Positions 9,134-17,046 of a stretch of 64,000 bases of DNA are shown piece after piece. Position 1 is the first letter of the stretch. Every line of letters begins with the position of its first letter. Made by a program: the position numbers and the translations under genes. Origin of the DNA: Minisyncoccota bacterium (lineage in GTDB: Bacteria > Patescibacteriota > Minisyncoccia > Phycocordibacterales > UBA918); assembly GCA_041389025.1 (NCBI GenBank), contig JAWKSP010000001.1, positions 256,002 through 320,001 on the forward strand, read 5' to 3'. Under the pieces are notes generated by a model, which was not told the DNA's origin, did not search any database, and saw only the letters and a program-made list of their open reading frames with translations.

Positions 9134-9925
9134 CTACTTCCCCACTCCCTTCCAAGCTAGTTCAAAAATCATCTTCATCATTCCGTAAATTGTCTCGTTT
9201 TCTATAATAATGCCAGTGATTCGTTCTTTATCAAAAGTGACTACTGAAACCTTGTTTTTGTCGTAGATGGTAAGGTCAGCTTTCCAATTGAAGTCCGCTT
9301 TTGGTATGTAGCGAACGGTCGGAATGATCTTTTTCTTGGCTGTTAAATAGACGGTTTTTTCATAGGAACGGTCTTCTTTAGTGTCGGGAATGATACCTCT
9401 GGTGACTATCCCAATTTTTTCTTTTGCTTTTACGTATTCTCGATAATCTTTTAGAGGTAAAAACTCCATTAGTTCAGCCACGTTTACAAACCCAAGCATC
9501 TCGTACTTTGTTTTGGTCACTAAGTGGTCTTCGTATATAGACATTACCCCCTCAACCCCCTCAAAGTATGACACTTTAGGTCGATTGGTAACTCCGGAAT
9601 AAAGCCCTTCAATTTCCGGAAATATTTCTTGCAGTATTTGCTGGTCTTCTTTGGCGTTAATTATCTTCTTTTCTCCTAGGCGGATAAGTCTTTTTGGATT
9701 TTCTACTACATAAAAGCTTTTGTTTCGTTTTTTAAGTTCACTAACCAAACCTTTGATACTAAGCTCTAGTAAGATGTCGTAGACAGTACTCCTTTTGATC
9801 TTGGTTTGTTTGGCTATATGAGAAGGAAAAGCACCACCTTCCGTGAGCAAAGTCACATAAATAGTCGCCGCTTTTTCTGATAGTCCAGCTTTATGAATAG
9901 TCTTTATTAACCTTTCTTTTTCCAT
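9134..9925 (-). CDS. TrmB-family transcriptional regulator
   Basis: Helix-turn-helix AGLSEKAATIYVTLLTEGGAFPSHIAKQTKIKRSTVYDILLELSIKGLV. The start is taken at MEKERLIK (ATG at 9925); the longer ORF to 9973 would run through the palindromic operator at 9955-9974. Confidence 0.7.
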   Translation of the reverse strand: MEKERLIKTIHKAGLSEKAATIYVTLLTEGGAFPSHIAKQTKIKRSTVYDILLELSIKGLVSELKKRNKSFYVVENPKRLIRLGEKKIINAKEDQQILQEIFPEIEGLYSGVTNRPKVSYFEGVEGVMSIYEDHLVTKTKYEMLGFVNVAELMEFLPLKDYREYVKAKEKIGIVTRGIIPDTKEDRSYEKTVYLTAKKKIIPTVRYIPKADFNWKADLTIYDKNKVSVVTFDKERITGIIIENETIYGMMKMIFELAWKGVGK

Positions 9926-9954
9926 AGAGAAAGCATAACACTTGTATAAATTAT

Positions 9955-9974
9955 TGTCGATATACACCGACAAT
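9955..9974. promoter_or_regulatory. palindromic operator-like site TTGTCG-N8-CGACAA upstream of the TrmB gene
   Basis: ttgtcgatatacaccgacaa, a perfect inverted repeat of the TTGTCG half-sites. Confidence 0.45.
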
Positions 9975-10122
9975 AATTATATAATTTTAAATATACTCTT
10001 AATTTATAGCGTATGTTTAAACAAAGTTGTCGCATACATGCCACAAAAACAGTATTACGTGGTCTAATATCGCCAAGTCAGCAAAGTAGCTGATTAGATC
10101 ATTGATAAAAAAGGAGGTAAAA

Positions 10123-10539
10123 ATGCAAAATGCTGATCAAATGACGATTGCAAGAGCACTTGCTGCTGTTAGGATAAGTAAAAATATTCTAGTCTTTAAT
10201 ACAATTACTGAATCAAAAATTTCTTTCTTTGAACCAAAAGATCTACCTTCAGACGGTGAAATGGTCCTTGGTAATCTTAATAGAAAATTAATAGAGATGT
10301 ATGTCAGTATAAAACTTGAGTATAAACGTATAAAAAAAGAACTATATTCAATGTCTAAGTATGAAGAAAGAGACGGTGTAGAAATGTTGTCTCTCGAAAT
10401 AAGAGGATTGATGCTGGAAGAACTTAGATTTATAAATATGGTCAGAGATTGCTTTGAAGAAAGTTTTATTGAAGATGGAAAAAGGCCTTTCCAAATAAGA
10501 AAAGGGTGGAAAGTTGTCTTTAGCAAAGAAGATCAGTAA
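10123..10539 (+). CDS. hypothetical protein
   Basis: ATG with a GGAGG ribosome-binding site 7 nt upstream. The ORF track's TTG start at 10102 is less likely. Shares a 19-nt leader with the next gene. Confidence 0.45.
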   Translation: MQNADQMTIARALAAVRISKNILVFNTITESKISFFEPKDLPSDGEMVLGNLNRKLIEMYVSIKLEYKRIKKELYSMSKYEERDGVEMLSLEIRGLMLEELRFINMVRDCFEESFIEDGKRPFQIRKGWKVVFSKEDQ

Positions 10540-10602
10540 GCAATTAATATTGATCTGGGCAGCAAACAGATGATTAGATCATTGATAATAGGAGTATTAA
10601 AA

Positions 10603-10968
10603 ATGAAACTTAAATTTACGTTATTTCTTTTTGCGCTCGCACTCACCTTTCCTGTTATGGCTTTGGGTGAAACTAAAGAAGTGAGGTTGGGAGAAGCTGT
10701 TTTTCTGGGTGGAAATTTGATTGGCACCAACCACACAACAATAGTTGTTACAGGGTGTCATGTTGATGAGACTGTACATATTATGCGTTTCTACAGATTA
10801 AGCTCAGGTCTATTTAGTAGTCATGATCTGAGTGACCCAGTTCGTGTAGCTAAAAACGATACATTTATGTTTCTTGACTTCACTAAAGGTGAAAGAAATG
10901 TATTTGTAAAAATTTTAGACATTAAAATTGAAGAAAATGGCTGTACGGTCAAGGTGAAATTTCTCTAA
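10603..10968 (+). CDS. hypothetical secreted protein (signal peptide)
   Basis: MKLKFTLFLFALALTFPVMALGE is a classic signal peptide. The leader tgattagatcattgataa is duplicated from 10090-10108. Confidence 0.5.
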   Translation: MKLKFTLFLFALALTFPVMALGETKEVRLGEAVFLGGNLIGTNHTTIVVTGCHVDETVHIMRFYRLSSGLFSSHDLSDPVRVAKNDTFMFLDFTKGERNVFVKILDIKIEENGCTVKVKFL

Positions 10969-10984
10969 AAATAAGGAGACTAAA

Positions 10985-11926
10985 ATGTTTGATGATATTA
11001 AGAATTATATTGCTACGTTACATGAAGTGTTACTGTTGGTAAGAATATCAATCAAGGCTAAAGCTTGTAAGGATATAAAGGAAGTGATAAATGAAATAAG
11101 AATTTCTCCGCGTGGCAGTAGTATTGTTTCGGTTTGGTTTAAGCGTGCGGAGACATTATGTACACAGAAAGTGGACGGAGTATTGCCACAGATACCTTTC
11201 TCTTATACCCGTGAATTAGTTTGGATGGGTATTGAACACGGAGAACTTGGTAAAAAAGCCTTAATGCGTTTATTGGAACTTCCATTGAATTATGTGTGTG
11301 ACAAATCAATTGAAGCTTATATTTTGTACTATAGGTTAAAGAGTATAAAAAAAGACGTCTCAGATTACTTCAAGCAGATGGCTATAGATCTTGTAAGAAA
11401 AGAAGCAAGTGGTTATAAGTCATATCCAGAAATAAGGCAAGCTCTACTTAAATACCTTTCGGATTGGAGTATGGGTTACTTACGCCTTGGAAGTGCCGAG
11501 CCGCCCGCTGAGATACTTAACGTATGGTATCTTAATATAAATCAACTCTATGAACAGGATGCGCGCATACAAGCTCCGCTATGCACTTCTATTGAAGAAG
11601 CGGCTAAAAAAACACAAAGGTACTATGGCGGAGGAGTTGGCAATAAAATATGGAATGATAGGCTGATTGAGTTAGCTGACGAAGATGCTCAAAGAAATGC
11701 TCCTGAATGTCTTTCATTGGATAGTGCTCTTAAAAAGTATCAGGAATCACCTAAGAGAACAAAATCTCAACAAATCTGGCAAGATAAGGTTATTGAGTTA
11801 GTATTGCGTGAAGCTGAAATTACTAAGGATAGGCTGGTGGTGAAAGAACTTTACGATAAGGTGCCTGATGTTTTGGATGTAAAAAGAAAGCTCTTAATTC
11901 GATTTATGGAATTATATCTTTCTTAA
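10985..11926 (+). CDS. hypothetical protein (313 aa)
   Basis: Long clean ORF with a ribosome-binding site (AAGGAGA); no recognisable domain. Confidence 0.5.
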   Translation: MFDDIKNYIATLHEVLLLVRISIKAKACKDIKEVINEIRISPRGSSIVSVWFKRAETLCTQKVDGVLPQIPFSYTRELVWMGIEHGELGKKALMRLLELPLNYVCDKSIEAYILYYRLKSIKKDVSDYFKQMAIDLVRKEASGYKSYPEIRQALLKYLSDWSMGYLRLGSAEPPAEILNVWYLNINQLYEQDARIQAPLCTSIEEAAKKTQRYYGGGVGNKIWNDRLIELADEDAQRNAPECLSLDSALKKYQESPKRTKSQQIWQDKVIELVLREAEITKDRLVVKELYDKVPDVLDVKRKLLIRFMELYLS

Positions 11927-11932
11927 TATTAC

Positions 11933-11969
11933 AACCTCCCTCACGAAAACTCGTGTAGGGAGGTTTTTT
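11933..11969 (+). terminator. intrinsic terminator
   Basis: aacctccctcacgaaaactcgtgtagggaggtt followed by tttttg. Confidence 0.7.
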
Positions 11970-12036
11970 GTTTGGATGCATTGTTTATAAATTAAAAATG
12001 AACAACTGTGATAATATATAATATACAAACTTTGGT

Positions 12037-12717
12037 ATGATAAATTCACGCGATAAGTATAAAAAAGAAGCTTACGAACAAGCTATAGCTTTCCGAAAGC
12101 GCGGTTTTACTTACACCGAAATAGCCAAGATCTGTGATGTTTCGCGTGGCACGGTCTCAAATTGGCTTAAAAATGAAGAGTTTTCTAAACGTATAGCCAA
12201 GACTAATCTAGATAGAGCACATAAAGACAATGTAGGCCGAATAAAGCTGGTAAACAAAGCGCGAAACGCCGAAAGAACGGCTCAATATAAGGAGATTTTG
12301 CGTTTGGCTAAGACAGAGTATAAGCACTACCTTAATTCCCCATTGTTTGTCTCTGGCCTAATGCTCTATAGGTGTGAGGGTGATATGAAACACAAGAACC
12401 TTATCCGCCTTACCACTGGCCAAACTGAATTGCATAGTATCTTTATAAAATTTGCCATGGAGTTTTTAGGAGTAGAAAAATCATCGTTTAGATTTTGGCT
12501 ACTTCTCTACCCTGATATGGATGAGGTAAAAGCAATGAAGTACTGGAGTAGAAAAACCAAGCTGTCGGTCAGCCAATTTTACAAAAATCAATTTATTAAC
12601 GGTGGTAGTAAAAAGGCGTTGCATTTTGGCGTTGGTAATACTATAATCGGCAGTACGCTTTTGAAGAAAAAACTCTTGCATTGGCTGGAGTTGGCTTCAA
12701 AAGACCTACAAAAATAA
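12037..12717 (+). CDS. hypothetical protein with N-terminal helix-turn-helix
   Basis: FTYTEIAKICDVSRGTVSNWLK is a helix-turn-helix. The remainder is unassigned. A weak LAGLIDADG-like segment (FVSGLMLYRCEGD) is not convincing. Confidence 0.45.
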   Translation: MINSRDKYKKEAYEQAIAFRKRGFTYTEIAKICDVSRGTVSNWLKNEEFSKRIAKTNLDRAHKDNVGRIKLVNKARNAERTAQYKEILRLAKTEYKHYLNSPLFVSGLMLYRCEGDMKHKNLIRLTTGQTELHSIFIKFAMEFLGVEKSSFRFWLLLYPDMDEVKAMKYWSRKTKLSVSQFYKNQFINGGSKKALHFGVGNTIIGSTLLKKKLLHWLELASKDLQK

Positions 12718-12726
12718 ATATAAAAT

Positions 12727-12800
12727 GCGGCCATGGTTAAGTGGTATAATGAGTCCTTGCCAAGGATTAGTCGGGAGTTCGATTCTCCCTGGCCACACCA
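12727..12800 (+). tRNA. tRNA-Gly(GCC), CCA encoded
   Basis: Acceptor GCGGCCA/TGGCCAC, D-arm GTTA-AGTGGTA-TAAT, anticodon arm AGTCC-TTGCCAA-GGATT (anticodon GCC), T-arm GGGAG-TTCGATT-CTCCC, then A-CCA. Confidence 0.85.
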
Positions 12801-12973
12801 ATCAGCAGGTTTACCGGCTTTTTTCTATGCAGTGTGACAGAGCACAGTGCCTGCGCACCGTGCGTGGAGAATCGAACGGCGGAACGATGTATTTTGCTCC
12901 TCCCAAGAGCAAAAAACGAGTGAGCCGCGTCCAGCTGCGCTGAAGAGCAAGGCGATTCGCTGCGACAGCGGGA

Positions 12974-13003
12974 CGATTCTCCCTGGCCACACCAATCAGC
13001 AGG
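12974..13003 (+). repeat. 30-bp direct repeat of the tRNA-Gly(GCC) 3' end (att-like)
   Basis: cgattctccctggccacaccaatcagcagg is identical to 12781-12810. The intervening 163-bp GC-rich spacer contains GGAGAATCGAAC, the exact reverse complement of the tRNA T-arm. Confidence 0.75.
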
Positions 13004-13219
13004 CCCGGAAAGTGGATACTTTTTGGCCTTTGCCGTTGGTAGCAGTCAAGGAGAATCGAAAAGAGTTCCGTGCGAAGCCTGATTTTGAGGTACGAAAAAA
13101 TCAGAGGGAACAACGGGGTCGCGTAGCACAATATTTTGAAGACCTTTTGGTCGAGCAAAATATTGATGCGTATGTGACCGACTCTCCCACAATTACGAGT
13201 GTAAAAGTAGTTTAATATA

Positions 13220-13510
13220 CTACAACAAACCACCTACTTCCCTAGCAAAATCAATGTCCAAGGTGGTTATTTTGTCACCAGCTTCATGGGTGTTTATTAG
13301 TAATTCAACCTTACTATAAGTATTCGTTATTTGCGGATGGTGATTTAATTTATCAGCTATTTTTGCCACTTTATTTATAAAGTCAATTGCTTCTTTAAAA
13401 TCCTTAAAAATAAGAGTCATATGCAAGGCATCTCCGGCTAATCCCCAACCTCTTAATTCGGATAGTTTTTCACTTATCTCACCTTTGTTTAAAATATTAA
13501 AATTTGTCAT
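13220..13510 (-). CDS. pterin-4a-carbinolamine dehydratase (PCD/DCoH)
   Basis: MTNFNILNKGEISEKLSELRGWGL...FKDFKEAIDFINKVAKIADKLNHHPQITNTYSKVELLINTHEAGDKITTLDIDFA matches the PCD signature. Confidence 0.8.
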   Translation of the reverse strand: MTNFNILNKGEISEKLSELRGWGLAGDALHMTLIFKDFKEAIDFINKVAKIADKLNHHPQITNTYSKVELLINTHEAGDKITTLDIDFAREVGGLL

Positions 13511-13699
13511 GATTATTAACAAATAATAACAAAAAAGTCTAAAACTGTGGAAAACTATGTGTATAGGTGGATAAAGGACAAATAATTTTAAAAGACACAT
13601 GTAAAAAGTAAACAAGACACCTGTCTTTTAGTTTAAAGCAATATTTTTAAGCCTTAAACAAAATTAATTAATGATTTTATAAAAATAATATTAAAAAAC

Positions 13700-13713
13700 G
13701 TTTCACGTGAAAC
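13700..13713. promoter_or_regulatory. perfect palindrome GTTTCACGTGAAAC (operator-like), copy 1
   Basis: Lies upstream of the yraN-like gene. An identical 14-mer occurs at 14270-14283 downstream of the gene, and a degenerate copy at about 14245. Confidence 0.4.
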
Positions 13714-13767
13714 AAAATAGTAGTTTCCCGTGAAATGATCATAATTAAGCAGTGTATTAAGTGTATA

Positions 13768-14193
13768 ATGTTACACATGGAACATAGCTATTTAAAAAAT
13801 AAGCAAAATAATAAAAAAATTGGTGAAATAGGTGAGAAAATAGCTGGAAAATATTTAAAAAACAAAGGTTTTACAATAATTCAGTATAACTATCTTAAAA
13901 AATGGGGTGAAATTGATATTGTTGCACGTGGAACTAAAAATATCCATTTTGTAGAGGTGAAAACTGTTTCATATGAAACAAAAAAAGACTTAGAGATGTC
14001 TGTTGCACGTGGAACTTGGCGACCAGAGGAAAATGTTCATGAACATAAGATTAGAAAGTTGTCTCGGGCTATAGAATCGTGGATTATTGAGAATGAATGT
14101 AATTTAGATTGGCAAATTGATGTTATTGCTGTGAAGGTAGTTCCACGTGAAAAGCACGCAACCGTAAAATACATACCAAATGTTATACTTTAG
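13768..14193 (+). CDS. YraN/UPF0102 family endonuclease-like protein
   Basis: GEIGEKIAGKYLKNKGFTII...GEIDIVA...IHFVEVKT matches the YraN (restriction-endonuclease-like fold) consensus. The exact start is uncertain (13735 to 13777). Confidence 0.7.
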   Translation: MLHMEHSYLKNKQNNKKIGEIGEKIAGKYLKNKGFTIIQYNYLKKWGEIDIVARGTKNIHFVEVKTVSYETKKDLEMSVARGTWRPEENVHEHKIRKLSRAIESWIIENECNLDWQIDVIAVKVVPREKHATVKYIPNVIL

Positions 14194-14269
14194 TCAACTA
14201 TATGCGGTAATTCTTTGTATGAAGAAAATAATTGATCTGTGCGTTTTACATGAAACGTTATGTAAAAAC

Positions 14270-14283
14270 GTTTCACGTGAAAC
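14270..14283. promoter_or_regulatory. perfect palindrome GTTTCACGTGAAAC, copy 2
   Basis: Identical to 13700-13713. Confidence 0.4.
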
Positions 14284-14442
14284 ACTTTTCTTAAAAATGT
14301 ATAAAGCGTACCCTTTATTAAATTAGATGTATTCAAGAATAAGTTTTAAAAGTGCTACAAAGTGACTGAAAAATACTTTGTAAGTAGCTGTTGTTGCTTG
14401 TTACTAAGATAGCTAGGTAAGGATAAAAAATTCACTGGACTT

Positions 14443-14467
14443 TTTGTCGGGGAGCCGGGAATCGATC
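14443..14467 (-). repeat. direct repeat of the tRNA-Pro 3' end (att-like fragment)
   Basis: tcggggagccgggaatcga duplicates 14591-14612 (the tRNA-Pro 3' acceptor plus T-arm). The two copies are 125 bp apart. The spacer carries two hairpins and a T-loop-like TTCGATCCC in inverted orientation. Confidence 0.65.
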
Positions 14468-14590
14468 CTTAGGATCAGTACAGGTTGTCGATATTTTGGT
14501 CCATGTATTCCCAAAATATCTGACTAACCTTTTCGATCCCAGCCACAAAGCAAATCAACCGAACAAAATGTTCGGTTGATTTGGCTTTTG

Positions 14591-14661
14591 TCGGGGAGCC
14601 GGGAATCGAACCCGGGCCTCACGGTCCCAAACCGCGTACACTACCACTATGCTACACCCCG
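14591..14661 (-). tRNA. tRNA-Pro(TGG), CCA not encoded
   Basis: Minus-strand read CGGGGTG-TA-GCAT...anticodon arm CGCGG-TTTGGGA-CCGTG (anticodon TGG, G37), T-arm CCGGG-TTCGATT-CCCGG, acceptor 3' CTCCCCG-A. Confidence 0.8.
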
Positions 14662-14812
14662 TTTTTTTGTGCGATGATAATAACACTCATTTTAAAAAAA
14701 AGCGAGTGTCTATAAAATAAGTAACTGCAGAATTGTAAATAAATTTAGTTAAAGTAATAATAAACTTATTTTATTTTGCAAAAGTAGCCTGATAAGGCAT
14801 TATATTGGAACA

Positions 14813-15745
14813 ATGATCACTTATTATTTTCGCACTCTGAAGGACGATTCTTTGAAAGAACTGAAAGAACCACGTTCTGGGGTGTGGGTGGATGTGTATG
14901 ATCCAACTGATGAAGAGTTGGAAAAATTGGTTAAGAATTTCTCATTGGATCCTGATATTGTTGAAGACGCTAAAGATTTATACGAGATACCTCGTATGGA
15001 ACGAGCTGAGAGTATTACTTACTTCTTTACCAGATATCCGCATCGAGCAGAGAATCAAAATCAAGTAGACGTAACAGCACCAATCTTAATTGTGATCGGC
15101 GGTACGTTTGTGATGACTATTCACGCACGGGAAGTGCCACAATTTAATAAAATAATTTCTGGTCAAGAAAATGTTCATACTACGCAAAAAACTAAGTTTT
15201 TTATACATATAATGAGTTTATTAACAAATTCTTTTGACCGAGAACTTAAGCGTTTGCAAAAAGCGGTACATAAAGACCGAGTAAGACTTAGTCGTATTGG
15301 ACCAAAGGATATCGAGCGTTTAGTGGGGCATGAGAACAGTTTGAATAACATGGTAGATGCTTTGGTGCCGACCAATATTTGGTTACAGAAGGTGACGGGA
15401 AGTAAAGTTTATATGCAATTTTATGATGAGGATATAGAAATAATGCAGGACTTAGTGATTGCTAATAGTCAGGTAGTGAATTCAGCTCGGTCGGTCTTGA
15501 CGACAATTCAAAACATCCGTGGCTCAATTGAGGCGATTATGACCAGTCGGCTAAATAACGCTTTAAAAATCCTTACGGTTTTAACTATACTTTTGACTAT
15601 TCCTTTAGTTATTACTTCTATGTATGGTATGAATATTGACTTACCCCTACAAGGTAATCCTCATACTTTTTTCTTTATTTTAGGTTTTAGTGTGATTTTA
15701 CTCACTTCTTTGGTTTTTATTTTCCGTAAAAATGAGTGGTTATAG
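14813..15745 (+). CDS. corA: magnesium/cobalt transporter CorA
   Basis: C-terminal YGMN motif (MYGMNIDLP) followed by a transmembrane helix; 310 aa. Confidence 0.85.
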   Translation: MITYYFRTLKDDSLKELKEPRSGVWVDVYDPTDEELEKLVKNFSLDPDIVEDAKDLYEIPRMERAESITYFFTRYPHRAENQNQVDVTAPILIVIGGTFVMTIHAREVPQFNKIISGQENVHTTQKTKFFIHIMSLLTNSFDRELKRLQKAVHKDRVRLSRIGPKDIERLVGHENSLNNMVDALVPTNIWLQKVTGSKVYMQFYDEDIEIMQDLVIANSQVVNSARSVLTTIQNIRGSIEAIMTSRLNNALKILTVLTILLTIPLVITSMYGMNIDLPLQGNPHTFFFILGFSVILLTSLVFIFRKNEWL

Positions 15746-16385
15746 TATGAAAAAACAATTACTTTACATACATGGTGGTGATTCTTTTTCAAATTACGAG
15801 GATTTTCTTAATGATTTAAGATCTAAGACGATTAGGAATTTACCTAGTGATAACAATGAAGAGTTAAAAAAAATTTGGACCACGTCACTAGAAGAGGATT
15901 TGGGTGAGGATTTTGAGGTTTTTCGTCCCTCTATGCCTAATAAGCAAAACGCTAAGTATGAAGAGTGGAAAATTTGGTTTGAGCGACATTTTGAATTTTT
16001 GCATGACGAAGTGGTTTTACTCGGTTGGTCTTTGGGTGGAATGTTTTTGGCTAAATATTTAACTGAGAATGATTTTCCAATAAAAATTAAATCAGTCTAT
16101 TTACTTGGGGCCCCATCGGGAGACATTGAACCTGACGAGACCGGAAATGATTGTGGAGATTTTTGTTTTTCTAATAATAGCCTAAGTTTTTTAGTTAAAA
16201 AGGCTAAAAAAATTAATATTTGGCATTCGGAAGATGACTTTGTGGTGCCGTATACTGAGTTTTTGAAGTATCGACAATTTCTGGATGAAAAAACAGTCAA
16301 TTTTGTTTCTTTTAAGGACAAAAACCATTTTTTATTAACTGAGTTTCCTGAGCTTATTACTTCTATAAAGGCTGATTTTCTTTAG
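15732..16385 (+). CDS. alpha/beta hydrolase (YdeN/RBBP9-like serine hydrolase)
   Basis: YIHGGDSF...LLGWSLGG nucleophile-elbow motif. Overlaps corA by 14 nt, so likely an operon. Confidence 0.65.
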   Translation: MSGYSMKKQLLYIHGGDSFSNYEDFLNDLRSKTIRNLPSDNNEELKKIWTTSLEEDLGEDFEVFRPSMPNKQNAKYEEWKIWFERHFEFLHDEVVLLGWSLGGMFLAKYLTENDFPIKIKSVYLLGAPSGDIEPDETGNDCGDFCFSNNSLSFLVKKAKKINIWHSEDDFVVPYTEFLKYRQFLDEKTVNFVSFKDKNHFLLTEFPELITSIKADFL

Positions 16386-16461
16386 TTAAAAAATTTTAGT
16401 TTTAGACAGTTTTTTAGTAAGAATTGGTTTATTGGCACGTCTACTTGTATAATGGTCTAAC

Positions 16462-17046
16462 ATGGCGGACCAAAGACCGATAGAAGATATGGAAGAAAGC
16501 CAAGAAGACCGTTTTTTGAAAGCTTTCGACGAATATAATGACGCACTTTTTCGTCATGCTTTTATTCGCGTAAGTAATCGAGAAAAGGCTGTCGATTTGG
16601 TTCATGACAGTTTTACCAAGGTCTGGACTTATATTCGTTCTGGGCACGAGATAGATTCTTATCGGTCATTTTTATACAAAGTACTAAATAACCTAATAAT
16701 TGACGAGTATCGAAAGCGAAAAGAAATTTCCTTAGACGCTTTATTGGAAGCTGATGGGGTAGATGAGGGAGCTTTCTCAGACTTATCTGAAGATACAGTT
16801 GAAGCTTTGGCGGCTACTATTGATGGACGTAAAGCTTTTGATCTTCTTAACCGCTTACCGGATATCTATCGAGAAGTCATTACATTACGATTTGTTGACG
16901 GACTCGGCCCAAAAGAGATAAGTGATTTAGTGGAGGAATCAGAAAATGTAATTTCAGTAAGAATACACAGAGCTTTAAGGTTACTGAGAAGTGAAATAGA
17001 GAAACAAGATAATAAAGCCAAAAAGAAGAGGGGCGGTGACAAATAA
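16462..17046 (+). CDS. ECF-type RNA polymerase sigma factor (sigma-70 family)
   Basis: Region 2 (FRHAFIRVSNREKAVDLVHDSF) and region 4 helix-turn-helix (EISDLVEESENVISVRIHRALRLLR). Confidence 0.85.
   Translation: MADQRPIEDMEESQEDRFLKAFDEYNDALFRHAFIRVSNREKAVDLVHDSFTKVWTYIRSGHEIDSYRSFLYKVLNNLIIDEYRKRKEISLDALLEADGVDEGAFSDLSEDTVEALAATIDGRKAFDLLNRLPDIYREVITLRFVDGLGPKEISDLVEESENVISVRIHRALRLLRSEIEKQDNKAKKKRGGDK

Noticed and set aside
12037-12717. LAGLIDADG homing endonuclease next to the tRNA
   Set aside because: The GLMLYRCEGD segment is too far from the LAGLIDADG consensus and no second motif is clear. Only the helix-turn-helix is asserted.
12725-13233. Three overlapping ORFs (72, 122 and 140 aa) on the ORF track downstream of tRNA-Gly(GCC)
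   Set aside because: They lie over the tRNA and its GC-rich att-like spacer, lack ribosome-binding sites and plausible starts, and have amino-acid compositions typical of GC-driven spurious frames. I also tested a tmRNA reading (second T-arm plus acceptor plus CCA). I rejected it: there is no 5' acceptor partner and no tag reading frame, and the adjacent tRNA is complete on its own.
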